Shown: positions 26,639 through 36,662 of the stretch, in pieces
Layout: each line of letters opens with the position of its first letter
Position numbering within the stretch: the stretch's first letter is position 1
NCBI GenBank assembly: GCA_002292945.1
Contig: DBCG01000061.1
Coordinates: forward strand, 1 to 52,024
DNA length: 52,024 nucleotides
Origin: Proteobacteria bacterium UBA964
GTDB lineage: Bacteria; Pseudomonadota; Gammaproteobacteria; Steroidobacterales; Steroidobacteraceae
Direction of reading: 5' to 3'
Position numbers and translations under genes: made by a program
The notes under the pieces: model-generated
What the model was told of the DNA's origin: nothing
What the model saw: the letters and a program-made list of their open reading frames with translations, nothing else
Database searches by the model: none

Positions 26639-27787
26639 TCAACGAAGCAGCGACAGCACCGACTGGGGCGCGGAATTGGCCTGGGCCAACATCGCGACAC
26701 CGGCCTGCTGCAACACCTGCGCGCGGGTGAGACTCGCCGTCTCCTGCGCGAAGTCCGCATCCTGGATCCGCGAGCGCGAGGCTGAGAGATTCTCAGTCGT
26801 GCTACGCAGGTTCGAGATCACCGAGTCGAAGCGGCTGTTGATGGCACCGATGGTGGCTCGCGAGGAGTTCACCGAAGTCAGCGCATTGTCGAGCACGCCG
26901 ATCGCCTGCTGTGAGCTGGTGAAGCTCTGCACGTTCGTCGAGTTCATACCCGTGGTCGACGTCGAAGCGCCGACCGAACCGGCTGCGAATCCCGACAGCG
27001 CAACGGTCGCCGACCCGCCGGCAACCGTGATGGCTGCACCGCTGCTCAAGGTGTAGTTGCCCGTGGCCGAATCGTAGGAGGCTCCGACGCCCGTGGTCGC
27101 GGAGACGGCGTTGATCGCCGACACCAGCTGCCCGGCGCGTTCCTGCGCACTGCCCGCCGCGGCGATGGCACCGACGCTCGTGCCGTTCACCGTCAAACCG
27201 CCCGCGGCGATCGCCGTGGCGAAGCTTGTCATGCTGCCGGCTGCCACAGAGCCTTCAACGCGGGTGAAGGTACCACCGAGCGCGCCGGTGCTGACGTTCG
27301 CCAGCGACTGGATGGTGATGACTTCGCCGACGTTCGCACCGACCTGAAAGTTCACGCCGCTGAAGGAACCGTCGAGCAGTTTAACGCCTGCGAAGACGGT
27401 CTGATCGGCGACGCGCTGGACTTCGCTGCGCAGCTGGCCGTATTCGGCGTTGAGCGCATCGCGGTCGACCTGGCTGTTAGTGCCGTTCGACGCCTGTACC
27501 GCCAATTCACGCATGCGCTGCAGGTTGGAGGTCACCGAGCCGAGGGCGCCTTCTGCAGTCTGCGTCAGCGACACCGCGTCGCCCGCATTTCGGATCGCCG
27601 TAGAGAGACCACGGATCTGCGCTGTGAAACGCTGCGAGATCGCAAGACCGGCGGCGTCGTCCTTTGCCCCGTTGATACGCATGCCAGACGACAATCGCTG
27701 CAGCGAGGTGGCCATCTCGTCGGACGACGTGGCGAGATTACGCTGCGCATTGAGCGACATGACGTTTGTGTTGATGACTTGAGACAT
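26639..27787 (-). CDS. fliC: flagellin
   Basis: Conserved N-terminus (MSQVINTNVMSLNAQRNL..SLQRLSSGMRINGAKDDAAGLAI) and C-terminus (..QETASLTRAQVLQQAGVAMLAQANSAPQSVLSLLR) with an Ala/Gly/Ser/Thr-rich central region. Confidence 0.95.
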   Translation of the reverse strand: MSQVINTNVMSLNAQRNLATSSDEMATSLQRLSSGMRINGAKDDAAGLAISQRFTAQIRGLSTAIRNAGDAVSLTQTAEGALGSVTSNLQRMRELAVQASNGTNSQVDRDALNAEYGQLRSEVQRVADQTVFAGVKLLDGSFSGVNFQVGANVGEVITIQSLANVSTGALGGTFTRVEGSVAAGSMTSFATAIAAGGLTVNGTSVGAIAAAGSAQERAGQLVSAINAVSATTGVGASYDSATGNYTLSSGAAITVAGGSATVALSGFAAGSVGASTSTTGMNSTNVQSFTSSQQAIGVLDNALTSVNSSRATIGAINSRFDSVISNLRSTTENLSASRSRIQDADFAQETASLTRAQVLQQAGVAMLAQANSAPQSVLSLLR

Positions 27788-27830
27788 TGAGCAGACTCCC
27801 TATGGAATGTAACGTTGGATTGAAAAAATG

Positions 27831-27858
27831 GTATCGATCACAAGTAGTCGAAAAGTGA
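27831..27858 (-). promoter_or_regulatory. weak sigma-28-like candidate promoter for fliC (proximal)
   Basis: The minus strand reads TCACTTTT-N12-ATCGATAC against TAAAGTTT-N11-GCCGATAA. The CGATA core is present, the -35 is poor and the spacer is one nt long. Confidence 0.25.
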
Positions 27859-29031
27859 CATGCGGGAGAGCCGGGCAACCGACTGTTGCGCCGCCTGCAA
27901 GCCGGTCAGCTGCATGTTCAGGCGCGACAGAGCCTCTGCATAATCGGTATCGCGAAGTTGCGATAGGCTCTTTGCGACATCCTCCCGCAGTATCGAACGG
28001 GTGGCGGCCGCGTTGTCTACCGCACTGAGCCGCGCGCCGACCACCGCCCGTGCGCCGGACAGCCGTTCCTGACCCTGCCCGAGCTGGGCGAGCACCGCGT
28101 TCAGTTCGTTCGTCGAGGATGCGCGTTGTATCGGATCCGAGATCGGCGCTTCGAGCGCGGCGGCCAGCCGCTCGAAAGTCGCGAAAAGGTCTTCGCTCCC
28201 CGACGGGTCGATATGGAACTGATCACCCGGCACCGGGCTACCGGTCAGGGTAATACGGACGCCCTTGAACTCGATCGCATCGCCCGACCCGTACGGGCCG
28301 CTGGCGACCAGCGCATCCGCGGCATCACGCGCCTCCCAATCGCCGTTCGGCATGATCAACACGCGGTAGGGCTCGCCATCCCACGCTGTCGGATCGACCA
28401 AGGAGCCTGCCCCGAGCACCGCAGTGCCGGCGTTGGCGGTGCCGGCGCGCAGCGCAAAGCTGGCGTTGCCCGACGGTATCTGGACGAACACCTCAGACCC
28501 AGGCAAGGCATCCGCGATCCGTTGGCCTGGGGCCACTTCCACCAAGCGTTGTTGGTCATCCCCGGTGTAACGGATCACACCACTGTCCCGTGTGAAAGGT
28601 TCGACGCTGCTGCTGCCACCCGCGAACAGGTACTCACCCGAGGGCGAACGACGGTTTGCGATCTGCATAAGTTGGTCGACACTGGCGCGGACCTCTGTCG
28701 CAAGGATCCGACGCGCTGACCGGTCGAGCGCGCCGTTTCCGCCCTGCACCGCCAGTTCACGCACCCGCAGCAAGAGGTCAGCTGCATCAGCGATGGCACC
28801 CTCTTGCAGACCAAGACGGGAACCGACCATGTCGCCGTTCCGTTCGTGCTGCTCGGCAGCGAGCAGCCACCTCTCGCTCTCTTGGATCCTCGCCGCGGCC
28901 ACCGGATCTTCGGCAGCCGACTGCAGTTTGATACCGCTCGAGATCCGCGCCTGCGTCTTCTGGACGCCCGCTTGTAGGCGCGCGAGGGATTCGGTGTGGC
29001 CCTGCATGAGCCCTGCGGTGGAGATGCGCAT
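27838..29031 (-). CDS. flgL: hook-filament junction protein FlgL
   Basis: Flagellin-like N-terminus (MRISTAGLMQ...) and C-terminus (..LQAAQQSVARLSRMSLFDYL), following flgK. Confidence 0.9.
   Translation of the reverse strand: MRISTAGLMQGHTESLARLQAGVQKTQARISSGIKLQSAAEDPVAAARIQESERWLLAAEQHERNGDMVGSRLGLQEGAIADAADLLLRVRELAVQGGNGALDRSARRILATEVRASVDQLMQIANRRSPSGEYLFAGGSSSVEPFTRDSGVIRYTGDDQQRLVEVAPGQRIADALPGSEVFVQIPSGNASFALRAGTANAGTAVLGAGSLVDPTAWDGEPYRVLIMPNGDWEARDAADALVASGPYGSGDAIEFKGVRITLTGSPVPGDQFHIDPSGSEDLFATFERLAAALEAPISDPIQRASSTNELNAVLAQLGQGQERLSGARAVVGARLSAVDNAAATRSILREDVAKSLSQLRDTDYAEALSRLNMQLTGLQAAQQSVARLSRMSLFDYL
27947..27974 (-). promoter_or_regulatory. weak sigma-28-like candidate promoter for fliC (distal, inside the flgL 3' end)
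   Basis: The minus strand reads CAAAG-N15-CGCGATAC against TAAAG-N14-GCCGATAA. It lies about 160 nt upstream of the fliC ATG. Confidence 0.25.
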
Positions 29032-29036
29032 ATCGA

Positions 29037-30923
29037 TCAGCGCACGATGCCGATGAGCATGTTGAAGACCTCGTTCGCCGTCCGGATGACCTGCGCGGAC
29101 GCTTGATAGGCTTGTTGGTAGCGAAGCAGATTCGAAGCTTCCTCATCTAGGTTCACGCCGGAGACGGACTGCCGCTGCTTCACGGAGTCCTGATAGGCCA
29201 ACCGTTGTACCTCGGAGTTCCGCTGCGCTTGCTGCGTGACCGCGCCGACCCCGCTCGTCAGCCGGGTCACTGCATCGGCCAGCGATGAAGTTGCAGCGTC
29301 GAGCATGGGCGAGCGCAGTGCATCAGACAGCAGTACTGCATTACGGTTATCACCGCGACCGGCACCGTTGTCAGTAATCGCGAATCCGTCGCCCGCCGCG
29401 GGCGCCCCGCTGATCCGCAGCCGCCAACCATTCGCCTCTATCGGTTGACCGACGACCCAGGCTTGCGAAGGACCGCCATCGATGCTGACTGTCGATGGCG
29501 TGGGGAATATGACCGCAGCGGGGGTGCGTAACATCGGATTTGTCGGATCGATTACCTCCAAGGCGGTGACCCGGGCAGCACCGGCGTTATCGACCGACGC
29601 CGAGACGCGGACCGGCGCCGCTGCGGCGACCCGCGAAGGCGCGGTGATCTCTACCCGCATCTGGCTGACCGCCTCGCGGGTCGGCCGTAGCAGTACACGG
29701 TCGCCGACGGCCGGCGTGCCGCCCACGAGCAGCGAAAGTCCATCGAACGCGATCGGAGATCCCGCTGCTCCCGTGCCGGTGAACGGCACCGCAGCGCCGC
29801 TGTCGAGTCTGCGCAGCGACCATGCTGTGCCCTGCCACTCGAGCTCGTAATCCGCCCCGGTTAGCGCGCTCGCGTCGGTCAAAGTCGCCGAGGTCGTGAC
29901 AACGCCGGTATTGTCGGTCGGTACCACCGTTTTCGGCGCACCCACGGAAAGCAGTTCCCCACCTGGTACGCCTAGGAAGTCGACGCCCTTCTGATGCTGG
30001 GCGTTGAGCGCGGAGGTCAATGCCGTAGCGATCCGCCCGACCTCATTGCGCGCCGGATCAAGAACCTCTTCCCGAAGTTCGAACAGACCACCGAGCACGC
30101 CGCCCGAGATCGATCGGGTGACGTCCTCGGAGCTACTGCCGTTCCGGAGCACCACGCGAAACCGACCGATGTCGGCAGGATCGTTGACCGTAGCGACTCT
30201 TACAGATGCGTCACCGAGAACGAGGGACTGACCGCCGCTGAGATACACGTTCACCGCACCATCGTCGTTGGCGACCACCCTGATCGAGACCTTGGCTGCG
30301 AGCTGATCAAGGAGGCGATCGCGCTGGTCCAGCAACCCGTTGGGTGCACTGCCGGCAGTGGCGCGCGCGACGCCGATGTCACGGTTGAGCGTGGCGAGGC
30401 TGACGGCCAATCCATCGACGGCCGAAGCCTCGGCCACGATTCGGACATGAGTGGAGCCATCGAGTTCGCGTAACCGGGCATCCAGCCCGCGCATCTGGGA
30501 CACCGTGGCGTCTAGAGTCTCTACCAATCCTTGGCGCGCGGCCATCGAAGCTGGCTCGGTCGCAACAGCCTCGATCGCGTTGGTAAGCCGCTGCAGTGCG
30601 TTGGACAGACCGCCACTCGGGTCGCCGAGCAGGTTCGTCACCCGAGCCGCCTGAGCCGCAAAAACTTCGAGCCGCGCCGAATTGGACTCTGAGACCCGCG
30701 ATTGATCGGCCAGGAAGTCGTCCACCACGCGAGCGAGGCGACCGACTTCCACTCCGTTTCCGACCCATGACGCGCCGACCGGGGGCGACTCACGGGCGAC
30801 CAGATCGGCGCGCTGCCGGACATAGCCATCCGTATTGGCGTTGGCGATGTTCTGGCCCGTGACATCCAAAGCCTGCCGGAACGCCTGCAGGCCGGACATG
30901 CCGATCACAAAGAGGTTGCTCAT
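29037..30923 (-). CDS. flgK: hook-filament junction protein FlgK
   Basis: N-terminus MSNLFVIGMSGLQAFRQALDVTGQNIANANTDGY and C-terminus NLDEEASNLLRYQQAYQASAQVIRTANEVFNMLI. Confidence 0.9.
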   Translation of the reverse strand: MSNLFVIGMSGLQAFRQALDVTGQNIANANTDGYVRQRADLVARESPPVGASWVGNGVEVGRLARVVDDFLADQSRVSESNSARLEVFAAQAARVTNLLGDPSGGLSNALQRLTNAIEAVATEPASMAARQGLVETLDATVSQMRGLDARLRELDGSTHVRIVAEASAVDGLAVSLATLNRDIGVARATAGSAPNGLLDQRDRLLDQLAAKVSIRVVANDDGAVNVYLSGGQSLVLGDASVRVATVNDPADIGRFRVVLRNGSSSEDVTRSISGGVLGGLFELREEVLDPARNEVGRIATALTSALNAQHQKGVDFLGVPGGELLSVGAPKTVVPTDNTGVVTTSATLTDASALTGADYELEWQGTAWSLRRLDSGAAVPFTGTGAAGSPIAFDGLSLLVGGTPAVGDRVLLRPTREAVSQMRVEITAPSRVAAAAPVRVSASVDNAGAARVTALEVIDPTNPMLRTPAAVIFPTPSTVSIDGGPSQAWVVGQPIEANGWRLRISGAPAAGDGFAITDNGAGRGDNRNAVLLSDALRSPMLDAATSSLADAVTRLTSGVGAVTQQAQRNSEVQRLAYQDSVKQRQSVSGVNLDEEASNLLRYQQAYQASAQVIRTANEVFNMLIGIVR

Positions 30924-31987
30924 GAGCGCTCAGGCCCCGTGCGCCGATGGCCAGCCACCAGCGTCCTGGCTTCGAGCAAGCGACCGACCGAGTCGGCGAC
31001 CGCGACGATCTTCTGGGCGTAACCTGGATCGGTCGCGTAGCCGCCGCGATGCAGTGCCGTACCGAAAGCAAGCGCGTCGTCACCCGTGCCGCGCACCGCC
31101 TGATACCGGCGACTGTTCCCGATCAAACGAGCATGGTCGGCGACGCTCTCATCGACGCTCGAATAGGCGCGGAACCGCTCGACCATACGTTGTGCGCGGC
31201 CCTGCAAGACTTCGGTGGTCGACGATGACACGGATGGACCACGCCAGTTCCCGGTCGCCTTGATACCGAAGAAGTTGAAGCTCAGCCGACCATCCGCAGA
31301 GCGGGGTAGATGGCGCCCCCACCCGGTCTCGAGGGCGGCCTGCGCGATCAGGTTGCGCGGCGACACGCCGAGTTGGGCCGCAGCCTTCTCCGCAGCCGGA
31401 AGGATCGCGTCGAGGAATTCCTGCCGCGAAGGGATTTTGCCGGCCGGGAGGTCGCGGATCAGCGATCGATCAGCCGCTGTCGTCGGGGCCACCGCGGCCG
31501 GCAGCACGACTGCGGGTGATGTAACTCCGGCCTCGGGTACGCGCGCAGCCGCCGCCGGAGCGACCGCTTGGAACGGTGAGATCGTCGCGCCTGGCATATG
31601 CCACAGGTCATTGGTCGGGCCAGACCGGGGCACTGCCGGCGCGAGCCTGGGCGACGGGTCTTTGGCGCCAAGTTCATTCGGCGCGAGACCGCTGCGCTTC
31701 ACTTGCGCGACAAGCATCTCGGCCAGACCGAGTCCGCGGCCACGTGACATATCCACCGATAGCTGGTTGTCGAACATGTCGCGGTAGAACCGACTTTCCT
31801 CTGAGTCGAACATCGGATCGCCCCCACTGGCGTCCCTCATGCTCTGTAGCATCATCCGCGTGAACACCGATTCGAACTGACGCGCGGCTTCACGCAGCGC
31901 TGCCGGGTCCTGCACCTTGGCATCGCGCCGCAAGGCGGCGAGCCCCTGCAGATCGTTGTAGTTGTTCACCCTAGCATCGACGCTCAT
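30920..31987 (-). CDS. flgJ: FlgJ: rod-binding domain fused to a glucosaminidase-type peptidoglycan hydrolase
   Basis: N-terminal rod-binding motif ARQFESVFTRMMLQSMRDA. C-terminal hydrolase motif LIAQAALETGWGRH...FNFFGIKA. Confidence 0.9.
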   Translation of the reverse strand: MSVDARVNNYNDLQGLAALRRDAKVQDPAALREAARQFESVFTRMMLQSMRDASGGDPMFDSEESRFYRDMFDNQLSVDMSRGRGLGLAEMLVAQVKRSGLAPNELGAKDPSPRLAPAVPRSGPTNDLWHMPGATISPFQAVAPAAAARVPEAGVTSPAVVLPAAVAPTTAADRSLIRDLPAGKIPSRQEFLDAILPAAEKAAAQLGVSPRNLIAQAALETGWGRHLPRSADGRLSFNFFGIKATGNWRGPSVSSSTTEVLQGRAQRMVERFRAYSSVDESVADHARLIGNSRRYQAVRGTGDDALAFGTALHRGGYATDPGYAQKIVAVADSVGRLLEARTLVAGHRRTGPERS

Positions 31988-31999
31988 GACCCCGCCCCC

Positions 32000-33124
32000 T
32001 CAGATGACGATGAGCTCAGCGCGCAACGCGCCGGCTTGCTTGAGGGCCTCAAGGATCGCCACGAGATCACCCGGCGCCGCGCCGACACGATTCACCGCAT
32101 CGACGATCGCATCGAGGTTCACGCCGGCCTCGAACTTGAACATCCGCGCCTTGGGCTGATCGATCTCGATCTCGCTGCGGGGGACCTCGACCGTCTGACC
32201 TGCGGCGAACGCGTTCGGTTGGCTGACTTCGGTGCGTTCGGTGATGGTCACCGACAGCGAGCCGTGCGATACGGCTGCTGGCAAGACGCGTACGTTGCTG
32301 CCGATCACGACCGTCCCGGTTCGCGAGTTGATGATCACGCGCGCCGGAGCCTCACCTGGCTTGATCTCCAGTTGCTCCAAGGTCGACACATATGCGATCC
32401 GCTGCGACGGATCCGCCGGCGCGAGAACCTGGACGGAGACCGCGTCGATCGCGGCCGCAGTTCCAGTGCCAAGCATGCGGTTGATCCCCTCGGCGAGCCG
32501 CGTCGCCGTCGTGAAGTCCGGCGAATTCAGGTTCAGGGTGACCGTCGGTGCTGTCGCGAAGCTGGAGCGGACCTCGCGCTCGACCGTGGCACCGCCCGGG
32601 ATCCGGCCGCCGCTCGGCACATTCACCGCGATACGCGATCCGTCACGACCGGATACACCGAAGCCGCTGACGATCAAACTTCCCTGCGCCATCGCATACA
32701 CCTCGCCATCCGCACCGCGCAACGGCGCGAGCAGCAAAGTGCCACCTCGCAGACTGCCGGCGTTGCCGATCGAAGACACCGATACGTCGATCGTTTGGCC
32801 GGGTTTGGAGAACGGCGGCAGTTCAGCGTGGACCGTGACGGCCGCGACGTTCTTCAACTGGGGGTTTGACTCGGGCGGCACCGTGATCCCGAACTGCGCG
32901 AGCATGTTCTTGATGCTCTGGATCGTGAACGGCGCCTGACTCGTCTGGTCACCCGTACCATCAAGACCGACGACGATCCCGTAACCGACCAGCTGGTTCG
33001 TGCGAACCCCGGAGACCGAAGCGAGATCCTTGACCCGCTCAGCCCGCACTGGTGTCGCCGACAACACAATCGCAACGGTCAGGGCTGCCATCAACGCGAG
33101 GATCTTTATGCGTTGCAGATCCAT
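32000..33124 (-). CDS. flgI: flagellar P-ring protein FlgI
   Basis: Signal peptide [28 protein letters not shown], then [34 protein letters not shown] 33124; the track's start 33229 overlaps flgH. Confidence 0.95.
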   Translation of the reverse strand: MDLQRIKILALMAALTVAIVLSATPVRAERVKDLASVSGVRTNQLVGYGIVVGLDGTGDQTSQAPFTIQSIKNMLAQFGITVPPESNPQLKNVAAVTVHAELPPFSKPGQTIDVSVSSIGNAGSLRGGTLLLAPLRGADGEVYAMAQGSLIVSGFGVSGRDGSRIAVNVPSGGRIPGGATVEREVRSSFATAPTVTLNLNSPDFTTATRLAEGINRMLGTGTAAAIDAVSVQVLAPADPSQRIAYVSTLEQLEIKPGEAPARVIINSRTGTVVIGSNVRVLPAAVSHGSLSVTITERTEVSQPNAFAAGQTVEVPRSEIEIDQPKARMFKFEAGVNLDAIVDAVNRVGAAPGDLVAILEALKQAGALRAELIVI

Positions 33125-33131
33125 GTGCACC

Positions 33132-33821
33132 TCAGAACGGCAGCCAGCGGGAGTTGAAGAAGCGTGAGAGCAGACCCGGCGCATTGGCATCAGCGATGGG
33201 ACCACGACCTGCGACGGTGATCCGCGCATCAGCGATCTTGGTCGAGGGGACGGTGTTGTCCGGCTCGATGTCCACCGCGCGAACGATGCCGCTCACGCGG
33301 ATGTACTCGCGACCTTGGTTGATGGTGATCCATTTCTCGCCGCGCACGAACAGATTGCCGTTCGGCCAACGCTTTGCCACTGTCACGGTGATGTCGCCGA
33401 AGATGCTATTGCTCTGGCGGCTCGATCCTGAGCCGTCGAAGGACGCGGCGTTATCGACACCGGCGGAGAGCACCTCGACGCCGTTGACCGTCACCGGTCT
33501 GCCAGCGATCGTCGGACCGCTCAGCTCGATCGCTGTGCTCTTGCTGGTCGTGGTGCTGGAACTCTTCGAGGCATTGATGCTCTCGACGAGACGGATCGTC
33601 AGCGTGTCGCCGATCCGCCGCGCCACCGTATTCTCGAACAGACGGACATCCTGCCCTGCCTGATAGATGGCCCCGTTGTCGGCAGCGCTCATCGGCACAT
33701 CAGGCGGCAACGAAGCCTCCCACCCGGCCGCATAGTCAGGCGGCGTGTTCGCGCAGCCGGCGACGGATGACAACAGCACCGCGACGGTTACCCTCAGAAT
33801 GGTGGATGCTTGGGGCGTCAT
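33132..33821 (-). CDS. flgH: flagellar L-ring lipoprotein FlgH
   Basis: Lipobox LLSSVAGC after a signal peptide and a conserved FlgH core (..[13 protein letters not shown]..). ATG 33821 has GAGGA 7 nt upstream. Confidence 0.9.
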   Translation of the reverse strand: MTPQASTILRVTVAVLLSSVAGCANTPPDYAAGWEASLPPDVPMSAADNGAIYQAGQDVRLFENTVARRIGDTLTIRLVESINASKSSSTTTSKSTAIELSGPTIAGRPVTVNGVEVLSAGVDNAASFDGSGSSRQSNSIFGDITVTVAKRWPNGNLFVRGEKWITINQGREYIRVSGIVRAVDIEPDNTVPSTKIADARITVAGRGPIADANAPGLLSRFFNSRWLPF

Positions 33822-33844
33822 GAAGGTGTCCTCAGGCGTCACGG

Positions 33845-34630
33845 TCACAGCCGCGCCGTGAGCGTCTCGAGCATCTTGTCGGCGGTCGAGATGGCCTTCG
33901 AGTTCATCTCGTACGCACGCTGCGTCTCGATCATCGCGACCAGTTCCTCGACGACGTTCACGTTCGAGGCCTCCAACGCCCCTTGTTGCAGCGCACCAAG
34001 CCCGTTGAGCCCCGGCGTGCCGGCCTGCGGCGGCCCGCTGGCTGCGGACTCGAGCATCAGATTCTCGCCACGGGCCTGAAGGCCGGCCGGATTGACGAAA
34101 TCGACGACCTGGAGGGAGCCGACCTGACTCGGTGCAGGCTGCCCAGCCAACTGCACGGACACCGCGCCATCTGTACCGATCGAGACCGACTGTGCGCCGT
34201 CCGGGATCGAGACCGCCGGTTGGACACGGTAGCCGCCGGAGGTGACCAACTCCCCTTGAGCGTTGATCTTGAAGCTGCCGTCACGCGTGTAGGCGTTCGT
34301 GCCGTCGGGCAGCGCCACTTGGAAGAAACCCCGCCCGTTGATGGCGACGTCGAGTGCGTTATTCGTCACCTGCAGGTTGCCCTGGGTATAGGTCTTCTCG
34401 GTGGCGACCACGCGCACACCAGTACCGACCGCGAGTCCCGAGGGGAGCTGGGTATCTTGCGCTGCATCGGCTCCGACCTGGCGCAGGTTCTGGTAGAGCA
34501 GATCTTCGAAGGCGACCCGACCACGCTTGAACCCCGTGGTGTTGACGTTCGCAAGGTTGTTCGCCGTGACCGCCATGCGCGTCTGTTGCGCCTCCAGTCC
34601 GGTCTTCGCTGCCCAAAGTGCAGAATCCAT
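33845..34630 (-). CDS. flgG: distal rod protein FlgG
   Basis: 261 aa, highly conserved FlgG sequence ([36 protein letters not shown]...). Confidence 0.97.
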   Translation of the reverse strand: MDSALWAAKTGLEAQQTRMAVTANNLANVNTTGFKRGRVAFEDLLYQNLRQVGADAAQDTQLPSGLAVGTGVRVVATEKTYTQGNLQVTNNALDVAINGRGFFQVALPDGTNAYTRDGSFKINAQGELVTSGGYRVQPAVSIPDGAQSVSIGTDGAVSVQLAGQPAPSQVGSLQVVDFVNPAGLQARGENLMLESAASGPPQAGTPGLNGLGALQQGALEASNVNVVEELVAMIETQRAYEMNSKAISTADKMLETLTARL

Positions 34631-34656
34631 ATCGGTATCTCCAGTTGTTCCCAGGC

Positions 34657-35400
34657 TCAGCTGATTCGCATCAGGCTGGCGGAGTTGCGGGCGTTGTCTT
34701 CGACGGTACGGAGTGCCTTCATGTGCATGTCGAACTGGCGCGCCAGCTCGATCATCCGCACCATCGCGTCTGCGACGTTCACATTGCTGCCTTCGAGCGC
34801 GCCTGACGCGATGCGGACCGAAGCATCCGCCGGCGCATCGCCGCCGCCCTTCAGGCGGAACAGGCCGTCGACTCCGCGCTCGAGTTGGGCCGGGTCAGGC
34901 TTGACGAGTTTGATGCGCCCCACGCGGGCGGTGGTCTCAGCGCCTTGTCCGAGCGGCACGATCGACACGGCACCGTCTGAGCCGACCACAAGCGAGGCAA
35001 AGGGGGGGATGGTCAAGGGCCCACCGTCCGAGAGCACGGCATGTCCGGCGCCGTTACGGACGGCACCGGTGGCGTCTAGGCGAAGATCACCAGCACGGGT
35101 ATAGGCTTCGGTCCCATCAGGCGCTTGGACGGCGATCCAGCCGTCGCCCTCCACTGCGACATCGAGGTCGCGGCCGGTCGTCTGCAAGGGACCGGCCGCG
35201 CGGCTCCAGCCGTTCTCATTGATGGTGGCGAACGCCCGCGCTTCACTGCGGATACCCTCGCCCGCCGATCGGGTCGCGACCGACGCGAGCTCGGCCCGGA
35301 AACCCACCGTGGAGGCGTTGGCAAGATTGTGGCTGTTGATCGCCTGCGCTCGCATGGACTCGCGTGCGCCGCTCATCGCCACAAAGATGTACTTGTCCAT
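34657..35400 (-). CDS. flgF: proximal rod protein FlgF
   Basis: 247 aa with rod-protein N- and C-terminal heptads, directly upstream of flgG. Confidence 0.9.
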   Translation of the reverse strand: MDKYIFVAMSGARESMRAQAINSHNLANASTVGFRAELASVATRSAGEGIRSEARAFATINENGWSRAAGPLQTTGRDLDVAVEGDGWIAVQAPDGTEAYTRAGDLRLDATGAVRNGAGHAVLSDGGPLTIPPFASLVVGSDGAVSIVPLGQGAETTARVGRIKLVKPDPAQLERGVDGLFRLKGGGDAPADASVRIASGALEGSNVNVADAMVRMIELARQFDMHMKALRTVEDNARNSASLMRIS

Positions 35401-35424
35401 GTCAACGCCTCAGTAAGGGTGTCA

Positions 35425-36636
35425 TCAACGGATGTTGATGATCGTCTGCGACAGGTTGTCGGACGTGGAGATCATCTTCGCGTTGGCCTGGAAGTTCCGC
35501 TGCGCCGTGATCATGTTCACCAGCTGCTGCGTCACATCGACATTCGACCCTTCGAGCGCGCCAGCCTGGATCGAGCCCATCCCCCCGTTGCCTGCGGACG
35601 AGAGCAGAGCAGGACCTGAGGCGAACGTCTCACCCCAGCTCGTGTCGCCGAGCGTCTGCAGCCCATCGACGCTCGCGAACTGCGCGATGGCGATCTGACC
35701 GAGGGGCACCGAGCGACCGTTCGTGAACCGGGCCTGGACCACTCCCTCGGCATTGGTCTCGACACCGATGAGGCGACCAGTCGTGTATCCATCCTGGTTG
35801 ATGGCGCTGACGCTGAAGGCGTTGCCGTACTGGGTGCTCGTACCCACATCGTAGGTGAGCGTCAGGGGGGCAGCACCGGTCGTCGGCGTGTACGGCGGAT
35901 ACGTGATCTCCCCTGTGGCCGGGGTGATCAGTGTGCCGACATTCGAATACTCCAAAGTCTGGACCGCGCCGACCGCATTGCCATCGACATACAGCCGCTG
36001 CTGCCAGGTGTTGTCGGTCGCAGTCTTCGACAGGTATACGGTCGCCGTGTGGGCTGCACCCAGAGAGTCGTAGACCGTCATGGCGGTCGAGTGGCTGTAC
36101 GTGTCAGCGTCCGCCGGATCGAACGGGGTCTTCGCCGGTACCGCTGCGTTGCCCGGCAGATTGAACGACAGGTCGATGCGACCGGTCGCGGACGGCGCGC
36201 TCACGCCGCTCGTCAGGCGAAGATCTGTCGTCGTGCTCGTGTTGAAGCCGTCCTCGCCGAGCGGCGGGAACACCTGGAGGCGCTTGTCGGCTCCGTTGAC
36301 CACAAAGCCGTTGCGGTCGACCTTGAACGCCCCGGCACGGGTATAGGCGCGGGATTCGGAGTCACCGACCATGAAGAAGCCCTTTCCGCTGATCGCGAGA
36401 TCGAGTCCGTTGTCGGTGAAATTGATGGCGCCCTGACCGAACTGTTGGTTGACTCCGGCGACCTTGACGCCGCTGCCGACCGCCGCCTGACCACCACCGG
36501 AACCGGAGTAGAGCTCTGCGAACTGCACCCGCGAGCTCTTGAAGCCGGAGGTCGAGCTGTTGGCGATGTTGTTGGCGGTGGCCGCCAATTCGGACTGGGC
36601 GGCATTGAGGCCGGAGATCGCTACTCTGAAAGTCAT
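35425..36636 (-). CDS. flgE: flagellar hook protein FlgE
   Basis: N-terminus MTFRVAISGLNAAQSELAATANNIANSSTSGFK and C-terminus ..[36 protein letters not shown] 36636 has AGAGG 9 nt upstream; the track's start is GTG 36666. Confidence 0.9.
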   Translation of the reverse strand: MTFRVAISGLNAAQSELAATANNIANSSTSGFKSSRVQFAELYSGSGGGQAAVGSGVKVAGVNQQFGQGAINFTDNGLDLAISGKGFFMVGDSESRAYTRAGAFKVDRNGFVVNGADKRLQVFPPLGEDGFNTSTTTDLRLTSGVSAPSATGRIDLSFNLPGNAAVPAKTPFDPADADTYSHSTAMTVYDSLGAAHTATVYLSKTATDNTWQQRLYVDGNAVGAVQTLEYSNVGTLITPATGEITYPPYTPTTGAAPLTLTYDVGTSTQYGNAFSVSAINQDGYTTGRLIGVETNAEGVVQARFTNGRSVPLGQIAIAQFASVDGLQTLGDTSWGETFASGPALLSSAGNGGMGSIQAGALEGSNVDVTQQLVNMITAQRNFQANAKMISTSDNLSQTIINIR

Positions 36637-36662
36637 CTGTGTATACCTCTGTGGGGTGGCGG

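Noticed and set aside
32709-32724. Other TGGCAC occurrences, for example the minus-strand sites at about 32709-32724, 43065-43081, 44168-44183, 47290-47305 and 47812-47840.
   Set aside because: In each case the GC dinucleotide is absent or off by one from the obligatory GG-N10-GC spacing, and all are intragenic.
33125-33229. Extended N-termini offered by the track for flgI. Comparable extensions are offered for fleN (6928-7020), the CoA-transferase (44696-44902), flgH, flgE, flgB, fliS, motC and the HDOD gene.
   Set aside because: The extensions overlap the preceding gene out of frame and lack family similarity. The shorter starts give canonical N-termini (signal peptides, Walker A spacing) and usually have a Shine-Dalgarno match.
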